From Planctomycetota bacterium (GTDB taxonomy: Bacteria > Planctomycetota > B15-G4 > JADJEK01): DNA of 41,640 nt. Below the pieces are notes generated by a model. The model worked only from the letters and a program-made list of their open reading frames with translations. It ran no database searches and was not told the DNA's origin. The stretch lies in NCBI GenBank assembly GCA_044225365.1, contig JBGAIQ010000050.1:1-41640 (forward strand). Direction: 5' to 3'. The translations under genes and the position numbers were made by a program. Shown here piece by piece: positions 1 to 9,200 of the stretch (within the stretch, counting starts at the first letter, position 1; each line of letters begins with the position of its first letter).

Positions 1-313
1 GGCCCGTGCGGCCTGAGCGCAACGCCCCCTCGGCATCTCATGAGACTGCCGGGCGGAGCCCGGCGCTCCTTATTGAATCTCTTCTCCCCCATTCGCGCTT
101 AGAGGGAAGCGCGAGCGGGAGTCCGTTCGCGGAGCATGCGCGGTCTTCCGCGCGCGGAGTCGAACGGAGCTCCCCGAGCGCACACCTCGTAGTGCGAAAA
201 CACTACGCCGCCGCAGGCAACACCAACATGGTGCCCGCACGCTGGCGGGCGAACGCCAGGACGGCTACGGCCCGCGCGGCCTGAGCGCTACGGACGGCCC
301 CGCGGCCCGAGCA
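1..313. repeat. Cluster of hairpins and short direct repeats (REP-like intergenic element)
   Basis: Direct repeat ggcccgYgcggcctgagcgcWacg at 1-24 and 269-292 (22/24 identical), with a degenerate third copy near 296-313. Perfect stems at 48-64 (gccgggc/gcccggc), 93-114 (tcgcgctt/aagcgcga), 138-153, 188-207 (cgtagtg/cactacg) and 242-259. A longer stem pairs 117-129 with 161-174. Confidence 0.55.
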
Positions 314-318
314 CGTCC

Positions 319-1029
319 TTACCCTTCCCTCAACCGCAACAGCGCGTGGTGGATTCGGACGACGGCGCCCTCGAGGTTCCATTCGGAGCGGTTGCGATCG
401 CCCGTGAAGTTGCTGACGCAGCGGAGTTGGACGAGGGGCACGTTGAAGCGTCGGCAGACCATGGCGACGGCGGCGCCTTCCATCGTCTCGACCGAGGCGC
501 CGCTGCGCATCGCGATCGTGAGGGAGCGAGCGTCGGTTCCGGAGCAGGTGCTGACCGTGGCGCCGCGAACGCGGGGGATTCCGCCGAGTTCGCGAGCGAT
601 CGCGTCGGTGGCGGCGGCGTCCATCGAGAACGGTCCGATCGCGCCGAGGTCGAGGTCCTGGATCGAGGTGAAGTCCGGGGACATCTCGACGCCTTCGTCG
701 GCGAGCAGGTCGTCGGAGACGAGGCAGAGGTCGAGCGTCTTGAGGCCGTGGGTCGCGCCGCCGAGATGCTCGGGTGGGTAGGCGCCGCAGGCGCCGAAGA
801 GGAGCACGCCGCCCGGCAAAGGACCGCGAACGAGGCGTTCGGTGAGCGCGATGGCGGCTGCGGTCTTCCCGACGCCGATCTCGAGCGACTCGCTCATGCG
901 CGCCGCGATGGCATCGCCTTCGACGGGCGCCGCATAGGCCCAGAGCCACGGCTTCGTCGCGCGCTGGAAGAACGAGCTTCCGGCGATCAAGCGATCACCC
1001 ATTCGCGATTCGTCATCGAGTGAAACCAT
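319..1029 (-). CDS. mqnB: Futalosine hydrolase (nucleoside phosphorylase/MTAN superfamily); start may be ATG at 1002
   Basis: Motifs GVGKTAAA, G-AC-GAY, GATVSTCSGT and ETMEGAAVA...LRCVSNFTGDRNRSEW match the MqnB-type pattern. Confidence 0.8.
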   Translation of the reverse strand: MVSLDDESRMGDRLIAGSSFFQRATKPWLWAYAAPVEGDAIAARMSESLEIGVGKTAAAIALTERLVRGPLPGGVLLFGACGAYPPEHLGGATHGLKTLDLCLVSDDLLADEGVEMSPDFTSIQDLDLGAIGPFSMDAAATDAIARELGGIPRVRGATVSTCSGTDARSLTIAMRSGASVETMEGAAVAMVCRRFNVPLVQLRCVSNFTGDRNRSEWNLEGAVVRIHHALLRLREG

Positions 1030-1210
1030 CCGAAATCGAACTCCCAGCCACGCGATCGATTCAACTTACGCATTCGTTCGGCATTCTCGCATGGGTCAGG
1101 GAATCGAGAACGGCGCGTATTCTCGACTGAAGCGTCCGATGTTCCGTTCGTGAATCCTGACGACAGGTCTTTCACCTTTCGGAGTGCGGCGATTCGTTAA
1201 TCTTCCCCGG

Positions 1211-1717
1211 ATGGACCTCACGATCCGGGACGCAACGTCCGCCGACGCACCTCTGCTTCACCGATTCGTCGTCGAACTCGCCATCTACGAGCGCGAGCCC
1301 GACAAGGTGCTCGCAACGGTGGAGGACTTCCGCTCGCAGCTCGAATTGGCACGTCCGCCGTTCGAGAGCGTGATCGCGGAACTCGAGAACGTACCCGTGG
1401 GCTTTGCGCTCTACTTCCACAACTACTCGACGTGGCGCGGGCGGCGGGGGCTCTATCTCGAAGATCTCTACGTGACGCCGGAGGCGCGAGGCCACGGAGT
1501 GGGTGCGGCTCTCCTCCGCCATTGCGCGAAGAAAGCCATCGAGCGCGGTTGCGCGCGATTCGAGTGGGCGGTGCTCGATTGGAACGAGCCCGCGATCGGA
1601 TTCTACGAGAAGCTCGGTGCCGCGCCGTTGAAGGAGTGGACGGTGTACCGACTCGCGGGGGAAGCGCTCGAGCGACTGGGTGGCGAGGAGCCGCGAGGCG
1701 ATCGGAGAGGGGCGTGA
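1211..1717 (+). CDS. GNAT N-acetyltransferase (diamine/spermidine acetyltransferase-like)
   Basis: YSTWRGRRGLYLEDLYVTPEARGHGVG (acetyl-CoA motif A) and WAVLDWNEPAIGFY. ATG at 1211 is preferred over GTG at 1184. Confidence 0.9.
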   Translation: MDLTIRDATSADAPLLHRFVVELAIYEREPDKVLATVEDFRSQLELARPPFESVIAELENVPVGFALYFHNYSTWRGRRGLYLEDLYVTPEARGHGVGAALLRHCAKKAIERGCARFEWAVLDWNEPAIGFYEKLGAAPLKEWTVYRLAGEALERLGGEEPRGDRRGA

Positions 1718-3354
1718 TCCCCGATCTGGCTTCGCGCAAGTCGTACGTCGCGTTGGTGATCGTCGTCGCGGTGGCGGCAGCTCTCGCTTTCATCACGTTC
1801 GAACCCGTGAACCACGGCTACGACCGCTACCTGTCGATCGCGAGCGAGATGGTGCGAACGAAGGACTTCGTCGTGCCACGGTGGGACGATCAGATCTACG
1901 TCAACAAACCTCCGTTGTTCTTGTGGTGCGTCGCTTCGATCGTCGCGGTCTGTGGCCATGTCGTCTCGATCGCGGGCCATCTTCCGAATCTGATCGCCGG
2001 ATTGCTGACGCTCTGGCTGGTCTACGCGTTCGCCAAGCGGGAACTCGGGCGTGATGGCGCGATCGCGAGCGTACTCGCACTCGCGACGATGTGGGAGTTC
2101 GCCGAGGGAATTCGCGGCGAGCGGGTGGATCCCGTGTTCGCGCTGTTCACGATCCTGACGATCCTGCTCGCGCGCTCGCTCGCGCGACGGGAGTTTCGTC
2201 TGCGCGATGCCGTCCTGTGTGGAATCGCGATGGGGCTCGCACTCCTCACGAAGGGTCCGCCGGCGTTTGGCGTCGTCCTGCTCGCGATCGTTCCCTACGT
2301 CGCGAGATCCAAGCTCGCGGTGCGACCGCGCGCGTCTGCGATCCTCGTCGCCGTGGGCGTCATGCTCCTCGTCACTCTGCCCTGGCCCTTCCTCCTCGTC
2401 GAGCGACTCGGCTGGAACGATGCGTGGCACGCGCTCCGCGAAGCCGAGCTGATGACACGCGACGAACCGTTCTACTACTACCTCCTCCGTTTTCCGCTCG
2501 CGATCGCGCCGTGGTTGCTCCTGATCCCGGCGATCGTCGTTGCCTTGCGGGCGAAAGGAGTCACCGACGAGCGCGCCGACGCGCGGTTCTTCGCATTGTG
2601 CTGGCTCGTCGGTCCGCTCCTCATGTTCCAGCTCTCGCCGATCCGCAATGTCCGGTACCTGATGCCGGTGATGCCGCCCGTTGCATACTTGATCGCGGAT
2701 GCCCTGCTCGTCGCGCGCGAGCTCGCGGCGAAGGATCCGCAGCACTTCACGCGGCGGGCCTTCGTCTGGCCGTGCCGAGTGCTGAGAGGGATCGTGCCAG
2801 TCGCGGCGGTCGCGATGACCATCGGACTCTTCGCTCGCGGCCTGTCCTGGTCGCCACTCTTCGTCGCGACGGTCGTCATGGCTCCGCTCTTCACGCCTCG
2901 CTGGCGTCCAGATGCGGATGCGGACTCGGTTCGCGAGTTCCTGCTCGCGGGACTCCTCGCGCTCGTGGGGAAGGCGGGGCACGATGGCATCCTCGCGATG
3001 GACTACGTCCGTCTCTACGATTCGTCGCCGTTGGTCGCGGCGATCACGCAGTTGGCGCCGAACGAGCCCATTCTCCTCGTCGATTGCGAAACCGGGGAAC
3101 GACTCGCCATCGTCGCGGCGGGTGGGATCATCGAACGTCAGGCCGATACGGTCGGCGCGGCGATGGCCACGATCGACAAGCTGCGGCCGCATCGAATCGT
3201 GACGCCGAAGGACCTCGCGAAGGAGCTCGTCGTCGCGGCGAGCGATCTCGGCGGTCGGGCCGAACAAACCGCAGTCCTTCCGTTGCCGAAGAATCGAGAT
3301 CTCCTGGTCTTCGAGTATCGTCCGGCAGGCGCCGGCGGATCGACACCCCACTGA
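1714..3354 (+). CDS. ArnT/PMT-like (GT-C, family 39/83-like) polytopic membrane glycosyltransferase
   Basis: N-terminal TM helix followed by DRY..IASEM...DF.VP...YVNKPPLFLW, LALLTKGP, P(F)YYY and RYLMP, with many TM segments. The GTG start overlaps the GNAT stop (GTGA). Confidence 0.85.
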   Translation: MIPDLASRKSYVALVIVVAVAAALAFITFEPVNHGYDRYLSIASEMVRTKDFVVPRWDDQIYVNKPPLFLWCVASIVAVCGHVVSIAGHLPNLIAGLLTLWLVYAFAKRELGRDGAIASVLALATMWEFAEGIRGERVDPVFALFTILTILLARSLARREFRLRDAVLCGIAMGLALLTKGPPAFGVVLLAIVPYVARSKLAVRPRASAILVAVGVMLLVTLPWPFLLVERLGWNDAWHALREAELMTRDEPFYYYLLRFPLAIAPWLLLIPAIVVALRAKGVTDERADARFFALCWLVGPLLMFQLSPIRNVRYLMPVMPPVAYLIADALLVARELAAKDPQHFTRRAFVWPCRVLRGIVPVAAVAMTIGLFARGLSWSPLFVATVVMAPLFTPRWRPDADADSVREFLLAGLLALVGKAGHDGILAMDYVRLYDSSPLVAAITQLAPNEPILLVDCETGERLAIVAAGGIIERQADTVGAAMATIDKLRPHRIVTPKDLAKELVVAASDLGGRAEQTAVLPLPKNRDLLVFEYRPAGAGGSTPH

Positions 3355-3391
3355 CGCGCGAATCTCAAGAAGCCCCGATGGGGATCGAGCG

Positions 3392-4534
3392 ATGGAATCG
3401 ACCGACGCAGCGGACGCCAAGAATGAACGAACGCCGCCCGGCGCACCGGCACCCGCCGGGGCCAGTCCCCCGACCCGGGAACTGCGACCCGTGCTCTGGG
3501 GTCTCGCCGCGATCGTCGGCGCCCTCCTCCTCGCCTTCCTCGCCCGCCATGGAATTCGCTACTCGGTCGAGCCCGCGGGCGAGACCGAAGGCGTGCCTCA
3601 TACCGGCGACGCCGCCGATGATCCCGCGATCTGGGTGTCACCCCTCGGCCCGGACCACTCGCTGATCCTCGGAACGGACAAGAAGGGTGGACTCTGCGTC
3701 TTCGGCCTCGACGGCAAGCGGCGGCAGTACCTCGAGCTCGGTCGCGTGAACAACGTGGACGTGCGCGACGATTTCCCGTTCCGTTCGGGCAAGGCGCCGA
3801 TCGTTGCCCTCACCAACAAGTCCACCGACACGATCGACGTCCTGCGGATCGATCCCGCGACGGGGGTCGTCACCCCTGAATTCAAGATCACTCCACCTTC
3901 GAAGGTACAGCCAGACGGATTCTGTCTGTTCCATGATCCGCGCAACGGAGCGTTCCACGCGATCACGGCGACGAAGGAAGGTGAGGTCCTGCAATTCCGG
4001 ATCGACGAGCACCTGCAAAAGGGCGGCGAGCTCGTCCGCCGGGTGAAGCTGGGCTCGGAGAGCGAGGGATGCGTCGCCGACGACGCACGCGGCGTCCTCT
4101 ACGTCTGCGAAGAGAACGTCGGGATCTGGAGGATGAAGGCCGATCCGCACGATGGCGATGAGCGCAGCCTCGTCGATCGAGTGAGCATCTTCGGTCGCCT
4201 GCGCCACGACATCGAAGGCCTCGCGATCTGGGGGGCGCCCGACGGCACCGGCTTCCTCGTCGTCTCCGATCAAGGCAGCAACGACTTCCTGGTGTACACG
4301 CGCGACGGCGACAATCACTTCGTGGGGCGCTTCGCGATCACATCGTCGGACACCGTCGACGGTGTCGATCACACCGACGGCATCGACATCGTCTCGACTC
4401 CCCTCGGCGCGCGATTCCCTGACGGCCTGCTCGTCGTCCAGGACGACAAGGACGATGGCGACGAGAGTCGCCCGCAGAATTTCAAGCTCGTGAGCTGGCG
4501 CGAAGTGATCCGCGTCATCGCGTATCCGCTGTAG
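3392..4534 (+). CDS. Beta-propeller (alkaline, Ca-dependent) phytase with N-terminal membrane anchor
   Basis: DAADDPAIWV, LILGTDKKGGL, NNVDVR, SEGCVADD, DIEGLAI, DHTDGID and QNFKLVSW motifs of beta-propeller phytases. Hydrophobic segment at about aa 34-50. Confidence 0.92.
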   Translation: MESTDAADAKNERTPPGAPAPAGASPPTRELRPVLWGLAAIVGALLLAFLARHGIRYSVEPAGETEGVPHTGDAADDPAIWVSPLGPDHSLILGTDKKGGLCVFGLDGKRRQYLELGRVNNVDVRDDFPFRSGKAPIVALTNKSTDTIDVLRIDPATGVVTPEFKITPPSKVQPDGFCLFHDPRNGAFHAITATKEGEVLQFRIDEHLQKGGELVRRVKLGSESEGCVADDARGVLYVCEENVGIWRMKADPHDGDERSLVDRVSIFGRLRHDIEGLAIWGAPDGTGFLVVSDQGSNDFLVYTRDGDNHFVGRFAITSSDTVDGVDHTDGIDIVSTPLGARFPDGLLVVQDDKDDGDESRPQNFKLVSWREVIRVIAYPL

Positions 4535-4545
4535 ACTCCCTCCCC

Positions 4546-6120
4546 GTGAATCCCCAAGGCCATGACGATGACGAGGGCCCGGCCGACCCGGCCGCGAGCG
4601 ATGATCTGCGCTCGAGGCTCGAGGAGGCAGCTCGCCTCCTCGAAGCGATCGATGCCGATCGCGCATTGCTCGCCAAAGCGCCCGAGGACGTGCGCAATCG
4701 CTTCCTTCGCGCGGCAGGCCGCGTGGCGCGTCCCAACAAGGACGCGCGTAGCGCATTGAAGAAGGCGCGGCGCAAAGCCGAGCTCGAAGCCCGTCGCGAG
4801 GCCGACGAGAAAGTCCTCGCGCGGACGCAGAACCGAAGGCTGCGCATCGAACTCGTGTATCCGACGCCCGAGCCCGTCCCTCAGATCGCCCCGCCGCGGG
4901 TCGAGGGTAGGGAGCGGCTCTCGCAGGCTCGCACCTGCTACGTCTGCAAGGCGCAGTACACGGAAGTCGACGCTCACTACGACCAGCTCTGCCGCGAATG
5001 CGCGGCATTCAACTGGAGCAAGCGGCAGCAGACCGTGGATCTGACGGGTCGCGTCGCGCTCCTGACCGGCGCCCGAGTGAAGATCGGCTACCAAGCGGGG
5101 ATCAAGCTCCTCCGAGCGGGCTGTCGCTTGATCGCACTCACGAGGTTCCCACGTGATGCCGCGGAGCGGTACGCCCGCGAGCGGGACTTCACCGAGTGGA
5201 AGGATCGGCTCGAGATCTACGGTACCGACCTGCGGCATACGCCGTCGGTCGAAGCGCTCGCCCAGCACATCGCGTCGAACTACGAACGGCTCGACTTCCT
5301 GCTCAACAACGCCTGTCAAACGGTGCGTCGCCCGCCCGGGTTCTATCAGCACCTGATGGAGAAGGAGAGCGCGTCGTACACCTCGCTGCCGCCCGAGCAG
5401 CGCGACCTGCTCGCTCGATTCGAGACGCTACGGCACGACGCGATCGAGATTCGCGAGCAGAACGAAGCACAACGCGCCCAACTCGCGAACCGCGCGACTC
5501 CGAAGTTCGCGGGGATCTCGATGTCGGCGGCGATGTCGCAGCTCGCGCTGATCGACGGCGACTTGGAGCGTGGCGCGCACCTCTTCCCCGACGGACGCCT
5601 CGACGCCGACTTGCAGCAGGTCGATCTGCGCAAGAAGAACAGTTGGCGTCTCGCCCTCGCCGAGGTTCCGACGCTGGAATTGCTCGAAGTCCAACTCGTG
5701 AATTCGATCGCGCCGTTCGTTCTGAACGCGCGGTTGAAGCCCCTCATGCTCAAGGTGCCGACTCGCGACAAGCACATCGTGAACGTGTCGGCGATGGAGG
5801 GGCAGTTCTATCGCACCTTCAAGACCGACAAGCACCCGCACACCAATATGGCGAAGGCCGCGCTCAACATGATGACGCGCACGTCGGCTGCGGACTACGT
5901 GAAGGACGGCATCCACATGAACGCCGTCGATACCGGTTGGATCACCGACGAGGACCCGGTCGACCTGCAGCAAGCGAAGATCGACGAACACGGGTTCCAC
6001 CCGCCGCTCGACCACGTCGACGCCGCGGCGCGGATCTGCGATCCGATCTTCGCCGGCTTCCTCACCGGAGAGCATTCCTGGGGCCAGTTCTTCAAGGACT
6101 ACAAGCCGACCCGCTGGTGA
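4546..6120 (+). CDS. Short-chain dehydrogenase/reductase with N-terminal extension and CxxC...CxxC motif
   Basis: ALLTGARVKIG (Rossmann), LLNNA, IVNVSAMEG, HTNMAKAALNM and NAVDTGW. CYVCK...LCRECAAFN lies upstream of the SDR core. Confidence 0.85.
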   Translation: MNPQGHDDDEGPADPAASDDLRSRLEEAARLLEAIDADRALLAKAPEDVRNRFLRAAGRVARPNKDARSALKKARRKAELEARREADEKVLARTQNRRLRIELVYPTPEPVPQIAPPRVEGRERLSQARTCYVCKAQYTEVDAHYDQLCRECAAFNWSKRQQTVDLTGRVALLTGARVKIGYQAGIKLLRAGCRLIALTRFPRDAAERYARERDFTEWKDRLEIYGTDLRHTPSVEALAQHIASNYERLDFLLNNACQTVRRPPGFYQHLMEKESASYTSLPPEQRDLLARFETLRHDAIEIREQNEAQRAQLANRATPKFAGISMSAAMSQLALIDGDLERGAHLFPDGRLDADLQQVDLRKKNSWRLALAEVPTLELLEVQLVNSIAPFVLNARLKPLMLKVPTRDKHIVNVSAMEGQFYRTFKTDKHPHTNMAKAALNMMTRTSAADYVKDGIHMNAVDTGWITDEDPVDLQQAKIDEHGFHPPLDHVDAAARICDPIFAGFLTGEHSWGQFFKDYKPTRW

Positions 6121-6282
6121 TTCCAAGCGCCCGTTCCCGCGAACCGCGGCCCTGCGGAAACCTCCAGGAAATCGGGTCTTATTGGAAATGCCTCATTTGC
6201 ACGATATATGGGTGGTGCCCGTCGGGTCGCGTCCGCCCATCCGTCGGCCCGCCATCGGTTGCAACCGTCTCGGAGACTTCGA

Positions 6283-9200
6283 ATGATTTGCGCGAAAGAG
6301 GGGACTCTCGCTGCGTTCGTCTTGCTTGCAGGCGTGAGCCAAGCGCAGGACATCGTCGACGCGAGGACCCGATCGGAACTCGAAGCGCGCATTCGCGCCG
6401 ACGAGGCCGTCGTCCGTCCCATCGAGAACGTGGCCGGCGCGCAGGACGAACAGGGCGCACGGTTCGGGGCGATTCATCGCGCGGGAGGGATTCGCGCTCG
6501 GTTCTCCGCCGCCGGAGTGGAACTCGCCGGGCTCTCGACGTCGGAGGCGGCGCAGGAGCGCTGCGCGCGGCTCAGGCTTGCGCGAGTCGGCCGGGGCCGC
6601 GACCTGAGTTCGGTGGCGGCGTGCGACCCGCAGATCGCAAGCGACGGACGCGTCGAATATCGCCGTAGCGGCCTCCCGCTCGTGGAGTGGTACGAGAACC
6701 GCCCGAGCGCGTTCGAGCAGGGCTTCGTCCTGACGACGCGACCTGCGGGCGAATCCGCCCTGCGTCTCGAGTTCGCTGTCGCGAGTTCCCTCGCGACCGG
6801 CGTCGATGTCGCTGGCGAGAGAATCGACTTCGTGGCCGCCGATCGCGCCGACCGCGTCGAACTGCGGCTCGAAGGCCTCGCGACGTTCGATCGCAACGGC
6901 TCTTCCGTGCCCAGCCGATTCGAGCCCACCGCCGACGGCTACGCGATCGTCGTCGACGATTCCGCCGCCGAATACCCCTTGACGATCGATCCCGTCGCAT
7001 CGTCGCCGGCGTTCACCGCGGAAGGCAATTTCGTCAACGCGCAGTTCGGCATCGCGCTGGCTTCGGCGGGTGACGTCGACGGCGACGGCTTCTCCGACGT
7101 ACTCGTCGCGGCCTCGAACTTCAGCGGCGGTCAGTCCTTCGAGGGCAAGGTCTACCTGTACATGGGCACCGCGAACGGTCTCGCGAGTTCGCCCGCCTGG
7201 CAGGCCACGGGTGGACAAGCCAACGCCTACTTCGGCAAGGCGCTCGCCTCCGCGGGCGATGTCAACGGCGACGGCTACTCCGACGTACTCATCTCTGCGC
7301 AACTCTACGACGACGATCAGGTCGACGAAGGCCGGGTGTACCTCTACCTCGGCTCCGCCTCCGGACTCGCGCTCTCGGCGGCACAGTTCATCGACGGCGA
7401 TCAGACCAGCGCGCAGTTCGGTCAATCGATCGCGTGCGCGGGTGACGTCGACGGTGACGGCGACTCGGACGTCGTGCTCGGATCCGGATTGTTCGATTTC
7501 GGCGGCGTTGGCAATACCGGACTTGCTGCCGTGTTCTCGGGCGTTCCCGGCGGCATTTCGACGACCCGTACTCCGCTGCTCGGCGGTACGCAGTTCGATG
7601 CTCGACTCGGGTCGGCCGTGGCGAGCGCGGGCGACGTGAATGGCGACGGTTTCTCCGATGTCGCGGTCGCGGCCGTGCTCTACGACGACACCAAGACCGA
7701 CGAAGGCAAGGTCTTCGTCTACTACGGATCCGGCAGCGGTGCCGATTCGACGGCGGACTTCTCCGCGGTCGGAGGACAGACCGGAGCGCAGTTCGGTACC
7801 TCGATCTCGACCGCGGGCGACGTGAATGGCGACGGCTATTCCGACCTCATCGTCGGCGCTCAGCTCTACGACTTCGGCGAGCCGGACGAAGGCCGCGCGT
7901 TCGTGTTCCTCGGCTCCTCGACCGGCCTCGCGTCGAGCGCCACCTGGACGACGGAATCGAATCAGACGAACGCGCGCCACGGCAACGTCGTCACGACCGC
8001 GGGTGACCTCGATGGCGACGGCTACTCCGACGTCGCGGTCTCGGCGCTCCTGTGGGACAGCACGCTGACCGATATCGGTCACGTGCTCATCTATCACGGC
8101 GGCGCCACGGGCTTGTCGACCGTCGCGGCGCAGGAGATCGTCGGCACGCAGAGCAGCGAGTTCTTCGGTCAGTCGCTGGCATTCGCGGGCGACGTGAATG
8201 GCGATGGGCTCTCCGATCTCGCGATCGGTGCCCAGGCCTATTCCAACCCCGATGCCGCGGAGGGCGCCGCATTCGTCTATCACGGCACGTTCAGTCTTCC
8301 GCCCTCGTCGTTCCAGTGGTCTGCGAAGGGCCAACAGACGGGCGCCAACTTCGGAAGCTCGCTCGGTTTCGCGGGGGACGTCAACGGCGACGGTTTCGAT
8401 GACGTGGTGTTCGGTGCGCCGAACTATCACAACGCACTCCTCGCGGACGGGAAGTGCAGCGTGCATTACGGCTCGGGCACGGGACTCACGCCCGCGCAAG
8501 GATTCGCCGTCTACGGCGATCAGAACGGCGCGCGGCTCGGAACGTCGGTCGCCGGCATCGGCGACGTGAACGGCGACGGCTACGACGATATCGCGACCAG
8601 TGCGATCGGCTACGACGCGAGTCTTCCCGACGTCGGACTCGTTCGGTTCTTCCTCGGCTCGGCGACGGGCCTTTCCACGACTCCCGCGGAATCGATCCTC
8701 GGTCAGTCGAGCGGCGAGCTGTTCGGAACCGTCATCGCGGGTGCAGGGGATGTCGATGGCGACGGCTTCGTCGACGTCCTCATTGGATCGAACTCGTATT
8801 CGGGATTGTTCACCAAGGGCGGGCGGGCGAGCGTGTATTCGGGCGGTGCGAACGGCGTGTCGACGAGTCCGCTCTGGACGCGCGACGCGCTCGCTTCCAA
8901 CGAACTCCTCGGTACCACGGCTGCCGCACTCGGCGACGTCGATCTCGATGGCTTTGCCGACATCGCCGTCGGCGCGCCCGGCGCGAATTCCAATCTTGGC
9001 CGCGTCGAAACCTTCCTCGGCGGCGCTGCGGGCCCTTCGACCTCGCCCGACTCTGCGTTGCTTGGACTCGTCGCGAACGAGAAGTTCGGTTCGTCGATCG
9101 TCGGCGCCCACGACGTCAATGGCGATGGCTTCGCCGACGCGGCTTTCGGAGCGCTGAACGCCGTGCGCATCTACTTCGGATCGGGCGCTGGACTGCCCTC

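Noticed and set aside
6-284. 92-aa ORF at the left edge
   Set aside because: It runs through hairpin/repeat DNA, has no RBS and no recognisable motif.
1030-1210. Riboswitch or ncRNA in the mqnB/GNAT divergent spacer
   Set aside because: Only short or imperfect stems (e.g. tcgagaa/ttctcga) and no recognisable aptamer consensus. It is more likely just divergent promoters.
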